A stretch of 64,000 bases of DNA from an uncultured virus (IMG/VR IMGVR_UViG_3300029787_000017). Taxonomy: Duplodnaviria; Heunggongvirae; Uroviricota; Caudoviricetes. Location: IMG/VR virus record IMGVR_UViG_3300029787_000017, positions 1-64,000 of that record; one strand, 5' to 3'. The notes below the pieces were generated by a model. That model worked only from the letters and a program-made list of their open reading frames with translations, was not told the DNA's origin and ran no database searches. Below, one piece after another: positions 8,618 through 17,271 of the stretch (its first letter is position 1; each line of letters starts with the position of its first letter). The position numbers were made by a program, and so were the translations under genes.

Positions 8618-9602
8618 CCAAATCCATCAAACTCTTAGGGCTGTTCTCATCTAGAAGGTGATGCATAATCTTAGTATCCCACACATTCTTAGTGTAGATA
8701 CCATGATTAATTAAGAACTTCAGATCGAACTTAGCGTTATGGAATACTTTCTTGTTAAGTGGATTCTCTAAAACTCTACGAAGATTAGCCCACATACTTG
8801 CGTACTCAGGCTCACCCTTCCTAAAGGGAGAATCTTTGTGGTCACAGGGTATGACCCAATTGGTGTCCTTAGATGATAAGGCTATCGTTTGAATCTTATC
8901 TTGCAGAAAATTAAGCCCCGTAGTTTCAATGTCTACTGCTAGAGTCTCCTCGCTGTCCCTCAACTTCTCTGCAAGATCTTTTACTTCCTCTATTGTTGTA
9001 AGGAGTTCGTATTCCAGCTTGCCTTCGTGGGTCTTCTCTAACACATACTTCTCATACGCATTTCTAATGTCAGTCTGGAATAAGAACTTGTGTCGAGGTT
9101 CCTTGGCTACGAAGAACGGGTGAAAAATAGGGACTACTACACAGCTATGCCCATTATCGGTGGTGTATGTGAAGGACTTCCCTCTTTTATCACTAATACC
9201 ACTCTTCTTAATTAACATCTTCATTGCCAGGTTTCCACAAGGTAAAATAAGCTTCGGCTTTATCTTATCCACTGTAGCCTGTAAATGCACCCTGCATAAA
9301 TTCATGTTGTCAGGAGACATGTCTGCCTCTTTGACGGAGGGACACTTAACTGAAGCTGCACACGCGAAGGACTCCTTATACGCTTCTCTAATAACTGCGT
9401 ACTCTGGCTTGGTGAATGGGAAAGTCTTCCCGTATGAGGACTTGAGTGAGTCTGACAAGAATAGAACATCAGACTGTCCAAGCTTCTCATAATCCATAAC
9501 AGAATAGCAAGGCTTATTCTTCTCTAGAATGGTACAGCCATCACACAGAGGATTCTCTGCGGTTATTTTATGGTCAGAGTAGATACTACCTAAATCAAAC
9601 AT
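8580..9602 (-). CDS. polA: Family A DNA polymerase, part 1 (family-4 UDG-like Fe-S domain + 3'-5' exonuclease Exo I/II)
   Basis: CDGC...VKC...C, IKPKLILPCG, PIFHP (UDG fold); VDIETTG, FHNAKFD, WDT (DnaQ-like exonuclease). Confidence 0.9.
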   Translation of the reverse strand: MFDLGSIYSDHKITAENPLCDGCTILEKNKPCYSVMDYEKLGQSDVLFLSDSLKSSYGKTFPFTKPEYAVIREAYKESFACAASVKCPSVKEADMSPDNMNLCRVHLQATVDKIKPKLILPCGNLAMKMLIKKSGISDKRGKSFTYTTDNGHSCVVVPIFHPFFVAKEPRHKFLFQTDIRNAYEKYVLEKTHEGKLEYELLTTIEEVKDLAEKLRDSEETLAVDIETTGLNFLQDKIQTIALSSKDTNWVIPCDHKDSPFRKGEPEYASMWANLRRVLENPLNKKVFHNAKFDLKFLINHGIYTKNVWDTKIMHHLLDENSPKSLMDLVKLYFPTELESL

Positions 9603-9611
9603 CTATAATAG
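9603..9611. promoter_or_regulatory. Palindromic CTATWATAG putative bidirectional -10 element; copies at 8100-8108, 10717-10725, 13775-13783, 57834-57842, 62459-62467
   Basis: Same TATWATA core in five short divergent gaps and before the 835-aa gene. Confidence 0.65.
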
Positions 9612-9615
9612 TTAT

Positions 9616-9960
9616 ATGAAGAAGAAAAATTATATTGACAACAAAGAGTTCGAAGCACTCATCTTAGCTTATAAGGACAACCCTGAAGAGAATGAGGAAG
9701 AGTTAGTGAAGATGTTCGACCTTTTGATTACAAATATAATCGGATCATTCAACTTCAAAATAGATCCTGATGATGCTAAACAAGATTGCTTTGCGCTCAT
9801 ACTAAAGATCATAAAAAACTTCGCTCCTAGGAAAGGCACAGCCTTTAATTACTTCACTACAATCATAGTGAACAACCTCAAGTTGTTATACACTAAAGAG
9901 AAGAAGTACAAGCTAAAGATTGAAAATTTTATAGAAATACAATCTAAGAAGCTTGAGTAA
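9616..9960 (+). CDS. Late-transcription sigma factor (T4 gp55-like, region 2 only)
   Basis: NYIDNKEF, DAKQDC, KNF.P.KG.AFNYFTTIIVN pattern typical of gp55-like sigmas. Confidence 0.8.
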   Translation: MKKKNYIDNKEFEALILAYKDNPEENEEELVKMFDLLITNIIGSFNFKIDPDDAKQDCFALILKIIKNFAPRKGTAFNYFTTIIVNNLKLLYTKEKKYKLKIENFIEIQSKKLE

Positions 9961-10276
9961 CCTTAAGGCATTTGTAAACATTAGGAAGATAATCCTCAGA
10001 TATAACTTGATCTCTTCGTAGCTGGATCAAGTGTGGGGTTTTGTTAGTACCGTAAATGACAAAGCTGTGAGGCATCTTCAAGCTGTCTACTATGTACAAC
10101 GGTTCAGTCCTATCACGAGGTGATGCGTAAACTTCCTTTAGGTCTTTAACTAGCTTATCACACCACTTGTCCCAAAGAGATACAAAAAGGATGCTGCATC
10201 TACGAGGCTCTCTCTTAAATTTCTTGAGAACTTTATTAAGATCGTTCTCTTTCTTTAAGAATACTAAGTTATACAT
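9944..10276 (-). CDS. Thioredoxin-fold protein with a degenerate active site; start re-assigned to MYNLVFL
   Basis: ILFVSLWDKWC (cf. F.A.WCGPC), LYIVDS, YGTNKTPHL (cis-Pro motif). Confidence 0.5.
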   Translation of the reverse strand: MYNLVFLKKENDLNKVLKKFKREPRRCSILFVSLWDKWCDKLVKDLKEVYASPRDRTEPLYIVDSLKMPHSFVIYGTNKTPHLIQLRRDQVISEDYLPNVYKCLKVTQAS

Positions 10277-10277
10277 A

Positions 10278-10709
10278 CTAGTTTTCTTCTTCCGAGTCCA
10301 TAATTCTCTGAATCTCATCATCGTGAAGCACACCTTCTTTAATTGAAGGGCCTCCTGATAGGTCAGCCTCATAACTGGCTGTCTCAGCGAGCTTCACGTT
10401 CCCATCTTCTCCTTCAAGCACAGTAATGCCTGAAGCAGCAAGCTCATCCTTGTTCTCTTCAGCATACTTTCTAACAAGATCGGCAAGCTGCTGGTTCATA
10501 GCTTCTATGCCTGTTAAAAAGATCGTCTTCATGAAGTCGCCTTGCGCTACGTCTTCGGGCTTGCAGATGTCAGAAAAGTTCTTAAAGGCTACTGCCTCGT
10601 CCTTATTTAAATTGATATGTAGTTTCATTCTATTGTTACTCCTGTCACGGACTCTAATTTTCCATGTTTCTAAGTTAAATTTGATACCTTCAGCGGTCTT
10701 GGGTTTCAT
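10278..10709 (-). CDS. Hypothetical protein
   Basis: 143-aa ORF in operon context; no family recognised. Confidence 0.75.
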   Translation of the reverse strand: MKPKTAEGIKFNLETWKIRVRDRSNNRMKLHINLNKDEAVAFKNFSDICKPEDVAQGDFMKTIFLTGIEAMNQQLADLVRKYAEENKDELAASGITVLEGEDGNVKLAETASYEADLSGGPSIKEGVLHDDEIQRIMDSEEEN

Positions 10710-10740
10710 GGTACACCTATTATAGTATAGAGGTTAAATT

Positions 10741-11271
10741 ATGGAAGACAATTACGATATTTCTAAACTGAAGAAAAAAAAGCGTGTGAACAGCCGAGCT
10801 AAGGGCAGCACATTCGAACGCAAGATTAGCCAGACACTCAATGATAGGCTGAACACCACAGAATTTTCGAGAAGTCCTGGATCAGGTGCGTTCGCCACAA
10901 CCCATACTCTTCCTGAACACCTTAAAATTTATGGGGATTTAATCACACCAGAGAACTTTAAATACTGTATAGAATGCAAGAAAGGATATAATAAAGAAAA
11001 CTTATATAGCTTATATAATTATAGCAGTGATTTCTGGGGTTTTCTGGAACAATGTGAAAAAGATTCAAGCAAATGTGATAGAATTCCAATGGTTATCTTT
11101 AAACAAGATAGACAACCTACACTAGCCATCATCCCTAGCTATGTACAAACAAATAAGTTACAACAGTACATAGAAATCTACAAAGAAAACCCTCCATTTA
11201 CTAAAATAGTATACAGAATATATAAGTTTGAAGATTTACTAGATGATATTGATTCTTTCTGGGTTAACTAA
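10741..11271 (+). CDS. Holliday junction resolvase-like PD-(D/E)XK nuclease
   Basis: NSRAKGSTFER, GSGA, GDL, IECK, P.VIFKQDR motifs. Confidence 0.85.
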   Translation: MEDNYDISKLKKKKRVNSRAKGSTFERKISQTLNDRLNTTEFSRSPGSGAFATTHTLPEHLKIYGDLITPENFKYCIECKKGYNKENLYSLYNYSSDFWGFLEQCEKDSSKCDRIPMVIFKQDRQPTLAIIPSYVQTNKLQQYIEIYKENPPFTKIVYRIYKFEDLLDDIDSFWVN

Positions 11272-13771
11272 GAAGAGTTTCTAGTAATCTATTCTGTACT
11301 GAGAACAAAGTCTCTAAAGAGTGAGCGACATCAAGCTCAGAGGCTTGCTTACCTGCTAGTTTTTCGATTGTGTTTTTCGAAACATCGAAAAGAGTTCGGA
11401 CATCATACTCTGCTTTGTTTTTAGACGAGGTATACTCTGTCTTTAAACTACCTACGAATCCCTTACCATCGTCAAAGGTTACAGTGTACCCATCCACTTT
11501 CACTTGTAAATCATCACCAGCACTCATAAACTTATTAAATATTTCATTGTGTGCTATGTTATAGTTTTTCTTCCCGTCTTGTGTGAAAATACTTTGGACC
11601 ATATCCCTAGCGTTTCCTCCACAAACGAAAGCCATTCTTAGCAATGCTTGCTTTCCTGAGTTGCTTTTACTTAGTTCTTTAAAGGTAGAAGACATTTTTA
11701 ATCTTTGCAGTGCTACAGTTAGCTGTTGCTTGTCCATGTCAGTTCCTTTATAGTTTTTAAGTAAGTTCCCGAACTCAGATTCGGTCAGTTCTTCGTATCG
11801 TAGAGCCCCTATAATATGCTTTACTGTAGCGTCAGCTTGAGAACTGATGGTATGCTCTACTCCCATCTCGTCAGTCCACTTCTGGTCCCCATTAGTGTAA
11901 CTATCAATCGTCTGCAAATCGTTCTCTAACCCAGCTAAAGTCTTTTCAGTAGAAGCCTCCAATGGGAATCTATTATCTAAGGCTTCCATGAAATCATCAT
12001 CCAGGTGCTTATCTTTCTTCTGTGCAGCCTTGTCTAGTTTGGATAGCACTAAATCAAATAACCTTCTAACTTTATTAATCTCACCAATTTTACCACCTTT
12101 CAATTTAGCGTAGAGCTTCTGCCCCATCTCCATAACATGCACAGTGTCGCCCTCAACACCAGAAGACTTTAACTTAGCCTCGGTAGCTTCAGGGTTCTCT
12201 GAATTTTTTACAAAGTCTTTCCTGTCTACCTCGTAGGTGTTTACCTTCATGTTATCAGTTGCTTTCTTAGCTGCTCCTGCGTTTTTAAATACCATAAACT
12301 GATCTGCTCTACCACCTGTAGTACTAGCAAGTCCGTTGTGGATCAGCGCAGAAGGTTTGACTTTTTCGAGGAAGGGTTTCATGGCTTTATAATAATCTAA
12401 CAGGAAATTTTTAAGCAGTGGATCTCCTTTGGCTTGAGCTTGGAACAACTCATCCTCCTCGATACCTAATTCATTGGCTAAAGACTCGTCAATTGTTGCG
12501 ACACGCTCTATACCATCTTGAACAACAGACTCCTTCAAATACTTAGCGACCTCTCCTGCCTTCTGAAGCTCCGCTAGGAAGCCCTGAAGCACTGCTGATT
12601 TCTGTTCCTTTGTTCCGTCCCCCGCAAGGTTATGAAGGTCTACAAGGAAGCCAGAGAGCCTCTCATGTAGAGTTCCTTTCTTCGCATTTAATGCTGCGGT
12701 GTTTAGATCTCTTAGATCTACCTTAGGAAATACTCCATCCTTAAAACCTTCCTCTCCTTCACATCGTTTAGATGCTTTAGTCATTGCGAGCTTGTAGTCC
12801 TGAGACTGGGCAGGAATAACAATACCCTCATTGCTTCCGAACCCGTAAACTATGACCCTGTTTGCGCCTCCCTTACCAATCTTTTTACCATTCTCTCCTT
12901 TAGATTCTGTAGTGAGAGCCATACTTTTTGAGAACTTATCACAAATCTCTGGGTCATTTTTAAATTTAGATGGGTCGTTTGCAAAATCAAATAATAATTG
13001 AATGTTCGCCAATGCTGCAATCACGAGCGCGGGGCTCGCCTCCTCTGTTAATGTAATTTCTAATTCTGGGTCACCTGATCCTTGAGGATCAACAAGTTGC
13101 TGTTGAATTTTAGTAGCACTTAGAAGATTAGCTAAACCTCCTGGCTTTTTTCCGTATACTTTAGAGAACGCAGAGCGATAACACTTCCTTTCAATGTCCT
13201 GCTTCTCTCCATCAGGAACATCAACTGTCTTTCTTTTCTTTTGATACCTCTCTGTCTGATCCGTTTCACAGAACTTCACATAGTTTAAGTAAATTTTATG
13301 GAGACGTTGTTTTATATCCCCTAAATCAAACTTGGTTCCTGCTAGTTCTGCTTGTGCGAATGACTCAGGACTATCTCCTTCAACACCTTCGGCACTTGCT
13401 GCTTGCCCGTCTGCAAAGTAGCCTATTAATTGGCCTTTCTGGGGCTCAGGCATCATATCAAAGTTGCCGTTAGGAACCATTACACGGGTGTTTCTACCGA
13501 ACCCAGTCCACTGAACGATAACTTCATTCTTATCATTGCGATAGGCATAAGGCACTTCACTAGCAGCCGTAGCTTTAGATTGAGATTTAAAAGCAGTCTG
13601 GTCGCTTGTCGCTCCTGTTCCTATACCTTCAGGATTGCTCACTAATGATCGAGCCGCTGATAAAGCTTGCGCGTTTACTTGCTCCTCCTCTTGCTCTGTA
13701 AGGAATCTTAATTTAAAAGTCCTCCTCTTCAATTGAGAGTAGCTTTCTAATAGTTCATTAAAATAGTCCAT
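11264..13771 (-). CDS. Large hypothetical protein, possible internal virion protein
   Basis: 835-aa ORF directly after the tail tube gene; N-terminal LLE/LTE motifs. Confidence 0.7.
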   Translation of the reverse strand: MDYFNELLESYSQLKRRTFKLRFLTEQEEEQVNAQALSAARSLVSNPEGIGTGATSDQTAFKSQSKATAASEVPYAYRNDKNEVIVQWTGFGRNTRVMVPNGNFDMMPEPQKGQLIGYFADGQAASAEGVEGDSPESFAQAELAGTKFDLGDIKQRLHKIYLNYVKFCETDQTERYQKKRKTVDVPDGEKQDIERKCYRSAFSKVYGKKPGGLANLLSATKIQQQLVDPQGSGDPELEITLTEEASPALVIAALANIQLLFDFANDPSKFKNDPEICDKFSKSMALTTESKGENGKKIGKGGANRVIVYGFGSNEGIVIPAQSQDYKLAMTKASKRCEGEEGFKDGVFPKVDLRDLNTAALNAKKGTLHERLSGFLVDLHNLAGDGTKEQKSAVLQGFLAELQKAGEVAKYLKESVVQDGIERVATIDESLANELGIEEDELFQAQAKGDPLLKNFLLDYYKAMKPFLEKVKPSALIHNGLASTTGGRADQFMVFKNAGAAKKATDNMKVNTYEVDRKDFVKNSENPEATEAKLKSSGVEGDTVHVMEMGQKLYAKLKGGKIGEINKVRRLFDLVLSKLDKAAQKKDKHLDDDFMEALDNRFPLEASTEKTLAGLENDLQTIDSYTNGDQKWTDEMGVEHTISSQADATVKHIIGALRYEELTESEFGNLLKNYKGTDMDKQQLTVALQRLKMSSTFKELSKSNSGKQALLRMAFVCGGNARDMVQSIFTQDGKKNYNIAHNEIFNKFMSAGDDLQVKVDGYTVTFDDGKGFVGSLKTEYTSSKNKAEYDVRTLFDVSKNTIEKLAGKQASELDVAHSLETLFSVQNRLLETLLS

Positions 13772-13788
13772 ACAGTATTATAGGCGAG

Positions 13789-13834
13789 AAAAAAATAGGC
13801 CCAGTCTAATATGTTGAGGCATAAGACTGGGCCT
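13789..13834 (-). terminator. Rho-independent terminator after the sheath-tube operon
   Basis: Inverted repeat AGGCCCAGTCT (13797-13807) / AGACTGGGCCT (13824-13834) followed by a T7 run on the minus strand. Confidence 0.85.
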
Positions 13835-13859
13835 TTACTAGTGGCTTAATCACTAAAAG

Positions 13860-14453
13860 TTAAGCTGGAGGATTGGCGTAGTCGTACTGGTGGATGAAGT
13901 CGTACTTAAAGTCTACCTCTAAAGTATGAAACTCATTTGTTTGATAGTTAAATTCAGCGGCTTTCCATTGGATGGGCCATACACCCATCAACTCTACGGT
14001 AGAGTGGGGGGTCATTGTATTGTCAAGCTGAACAATCTCTAGTCTATCTGCTTTAAATGTAGGTGCTCCCCCTCCTGGAAGTGCGTCCTGTGTCATCTCT
14101 CCTGTAATAGGATCGTAAATACTCTTAAAGTATCTCCACAAATCACTTGCAGTTTCTTTAAGATATAGGTTGTCAAACGTAATCTTAAGATCTTCTGTTT
14201 GAACCTTTCCAGGATAGTAAAGTTTGTCGTTAACCCTGTCAACAGTAATGAAATTATTTTTAATCCCAACACCGTTAATTTTTTTAGCGGCTAAAGTAAG
14301 ATCTTTACTATTAGTAACACCATCAGGAAGTCCGTGAAAGTGGACTTCGAATTGGTATGATCTTACTGAATCAAGTTCAGTTGAGACTACAGGCAGACCT
14401 GCTCCTGGTGTAAACTGTCTGCCGTATTCATCTTTGTAATAAGACTGTGCCAT
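13860..14453 (-). CDS. Tail tube protein (T4 gp19-like)
   Basis: YQFEV, YYPGKV, ITFD, GVWP, LEVDFKYD; directly downstream of sheath. Confidence 0.9.
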   Translation of the reverse strand: MAQSYYKDEYGRQFTPGAGLPVVSTELDSVRSYQFEVHFHGLPDGVTNSKDLTLAAKKINGVGIKNNFITVDRVNDKLYYPGKVQTEDLKITFDNLYLKETASDLWRYFKSIYDPITGEMTQDALPGGGAPTFKADRLEIVQLDNTMTPHSTVELMGVWPIQWKAAEFNYQTNEFHTLEVDFKYDFIHQYDYANPPA

Positions 14454-14464
14454 ATATTATCTCC

Positions 14465-16735
14465 TTATAAATTTCCTAAGTTGGCTGATTGGTTAGTTAG
14501 ATTAACTTCAAAAACAAGGATCTCAGCAGTCTTAGTTGGTTTAACAAGAACTTTGGTCCACATTTCATTTCTATCAATCCTTAATGGTGTGTTAACTGTA
14601 TCGTCACAGACAACACGGAATTCGGTGATTCCTCTTCTTCTACGGATGTCATCTAAGAAGGGGTTAAGTACTCCTTCAATTTGTGACCAAGTAAAAGCAT
14701 CGTTAGGCTCGAATACAAACCTTTGCGTTGCCGCAAGAATAACCTTTCTTATATAGATCATCAAGCGTCGAACGTTAATTCTATCTAATGCGGTAGCAGA
14801 CCTTTGAGAGGTTCTTTGCCCGAAGATAGTGATGCCTCTTTGAGGGAAGGAGACGATTGGGTTAACAACATTTCCTCCACTGTAAAGACTATCTCTATCT
14901 CCTTGGTTTAGCTTGACCTCAACCTCAGTAGGCTTAGTTAGCCTACCTCTACGGAAACCTGCTGGAGCAAACCAACTGTCGGCAACCGTATCGGTGAAAG
15001 CCATTTGCCTTGCAGCATAGATTGTAGGATCAAACCACCTGTCTTTCGCATCAAACGTGCTGAACACTTTAACGTGTGGGTAGTATACAGCAGCGTAAGA
15101 ACTATTAATGGCTGCGGTTCGTGAACCAGCAGTGCTTGATGATCTTCCATTTGTCCAATCAATTGCATCTTGAGGAGTTCCAATTCCATAAGGAGGAGAA
15201 ACAAGTGCTAAGAAGTTTTGAGTCTTTTCAGCAAGAGTAATTAGATTGTTTTGAACACTCTGGTTATAAATACCAGGGATTAAAGCAATTCCAATGTTCA
15301 GAGTGTCATCATCCAGAGCTTGCATACCTGTCTTAGGAGTTACTGTAGCGTCTCCAATCAGTGCTGTATTGTTGACAGCAGTAGAACCTGTTCCGTTGTC
15401 TCCACCTGTCATGTTGACAGTGTTTCCTACGAACTTATTGAAGCGTCCAACCACTGGGTAGTCAATTCCTGCACCCCAAACCTGATCGACTGGAGCACCT
15501 GTAGCGCCTAAGTCTGCCTGCGCTGGTTCTAGCCAACGAGTTGTAGCTTTGAAACCTCCTCCGTACATCTGATCAATTCGATCAGTGAACTGATTAAGTT
15601 TAGTGGGCGTTGTATCAGTATCACCCCTTCTAAGATTAGCCTTAATGTAATCAGATGTAGTATTGTCTTCGCCTGTATTAATTACGTCTTCAGCGAAGGT
15701 ACCAGAGGCAAGAAGGTTAATCTTAAACTGTTCCGAAACAGAGCCATCTTCTAGAGTATTAAAAGTAACATTAGGACCACCTAAAGCAGCAACTCTAATT
15801 TGGTTTCCACTAACTTCACCATTCGTCTTGTTGCCGAAGTTGTAACCCTCTCCTTCATAGAGAGACTCAACGAGGTAGTTAACAGAACTAGCTTCTGCGT
15901 AATCACTAAAGTAAGTTGAACCGTAAACAGAGGCAGCAGGAACGAAAGGATTAATAACAAGATTCGCTGCTGATCTTTGGTTTTCTGCTTGTCCCCACAT
16001 GCCGAACATGCCTGAAGCATTAGAAATTCCAGAAGCTCCAGTCGCACTACAAGGACGTAGAGCACTTAATTGTGTGCTGAACGCATCAGAGTAGGCTGAG
16101 ACTGACATAGATGCTCCTGAGCCCGCATAGGCCCCGACGATTGCACCAGAGAGGTCTAGACCTGCTTGTTCTTGTCCGTCACTATAGATACCAAAATGAT
16201 CAGCATCTAAATTTCCACCTAAAATTTGTTTTAATGCTTTCGCTTGAGAAGCTCCTGTTGCGCCTGCGGTTACAGTACCAGCGGGAATCGTAAACTGTTT
16301 TCCAGGAGCATCATACTGTGCTGTGCCACTATTGTCATAAACTTGAACCTGTAGATACAAAGCACGACCAATACCAAAGGAAGACCCTACATCAGTTACG
16401 GATGCAGGACCCGAAACAATAAGAGAAGGGCTGCTACCTAATGAAACGACTGCGGAAGCGTCAGCGGCTGTTGAGGTTGCAGCGCGAACAAAGTAAAGAG
16501 CGTTCGTCTGCTCCAAGACCTCTAAAGCACCTTCAAGCGCCTGACCATAAATGTTCTCGCTGGGTTGCCCAAAAGTTCTAATTAGATTATTCTGGCTCGT
16601 GATTAGAGTAGCTTTGTTGACAGGACCTTTTCCTGCAAAGCCTACCATACCCACGACAGAGGTATTGATTGAAGGTGCGTAATCAGAAATATCTTTTTCA
16701 ATTACATATACGCCTGGACTAACAAAATTTGCCAT
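14465..16735 (-). CDS. Contractile tail sheath protein (T4 gp18-like)
   Basis: SPGVYVIEKD, WFAPAGFRRG, ALDRINVRRL, FEPND, KPTKTAE. Confidence 0.97.
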   Translation of the reverse strand: MANFVSPGVYVIEKDISDYAPSINTSVVGMVGFAGKGPVNKATLITSQNNLIRTFGQPSENIYGQALEGALEVLEQTNALYFVRAATSTAADASAVVSLGSSPSLIVSGPASVTDVGSSFGIGRALYLQVQVYDNSGTAQYDAPGKQFTIPAGTVTAGATGASQAKALKQILGGNLDADHFGIYSDGQEQAGLDLSGAIVGAYAGSGASMSVSAYSDAFSTQLSALRPCSATGASGISNASGMFGMWGQAENQRSAANLVINPFVPAASVYGSTYFSDYAEASSVNYLVESLYEGEGYNFGNKTNGEVSGNQIRVAALGGPNVTFNTLEDGSVSEQFKINLLASGTFAEDVINTGEDNTTSDYIKANLRRGDTDTTPTKLNQFTDRIDQMYGGGFKATTRWLEPAQADLGATGAPVDQVWGAGIDYPVVGRFNKFVGNTVNMTGGDNGTGSTAVNNTALIGDATVTPKTGMQALDDDTLNIGIALIPGIYNQSVQNNLITLAEKTQNFLALVSPPYGIGTPQDAIDWTNGRSSSTAGSRTAAINSSYAAVYYPHVKVFSTFDAKDRWFDPTIYAARQMAFTDTVADSWFAPAGFRRGRLTKPTEVEVKLNQGDRDSLYSGGNVVNPIVSFPQRGITIFGQRTSQRSATALDRINVRRLMIYIRKVILAATQRFVFEPNDAFTWSQIEGVLNPFLDDIRRRRGITEFRVVCDDTVNTPLRIDRNEMWTKVLVKPTKTAEILVFEVNLTNQSANLGNL

Positions 16736-16746
16736 AGTTTATTCTC

Positions 16747-16923
16747 CTAAGTGTTGGAAATCTTGAACATCTTCTTTCTCTGAAGTGTTCTAATCTGCTC
16801 TGAAATATAAGAATCAGGTACTGCCACTGTCTCTCCTGGCCTTAGCCAGTGCTCTTGGCAACCCTTTTCTGTGTTAAAATAAATAGTCATTGACTGAAGA
16901 CTATCGTTCTTTACTGTTTTCAT
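16747..16923 (-). CDS. Small hypothetical protein, 58 aa (not in ORF track)
   Basis: MKTVKNDSLQSMTIYFNTEKGCQEHWLRPGETVAVPDSYISEQIRTLQRKKMFKISNT*; AAGGAG SD; its stop abuts the sheath SD. Confidence 0.75.
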   Translation of the reverse strand: MKTVKNDSLQSMTIYFNTEKGCQEHWLRPGETVAVPDSYISEQIRTLQRKKMFKISNT

Positions 16924-16983
16924 TTTTTATCTCCTTATTATCTACTATATCTGAATAGTTTTATTGAAACTTTTTTTTGTATA

Positions 16984-17271
16984 TTATGCCCCTACCATTA
17001 CGGTGGGTTGACCCATCTTATTAACGATAGCTGCACAATGAATAGGTATGATAGGGCATGGAGCATGGGGCGTAATTATATCCCCCTGTAAAGAAGCGGG
17101 TGCTCCCTCTATGAATACTGTACTAGAGCCTGGGCCTTTAATTATACCACCGTCCACCGTTCCATCTACCATAACACGGGAAACTCCTAGCTTGTTTACG
17201 AATACCTTAGAACTTCCTGTTTGGGGAGCCAAGCAGCTTGCTAAGAGGGAGGCTGTCTCTATAGGTTTCAA
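16984..17271 (-). CDS. PAAR-like spike tip protein (T4 gp5.4-like)
   Basis: GSSKVFVN / GSSTVFIEG repeats, PH.PC...HC metal ligands, TVMVG. Confidence 0.85.
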   Translation of the reverse strand: MKPIETASLLASCLAPQTGSSKVFVNKLGVSRVMVDGTVDGGIIKGPGSSTVFIEGAPASLQGDIITPHAPCPIIPIHCAAIVNKMGQPTVMVGA

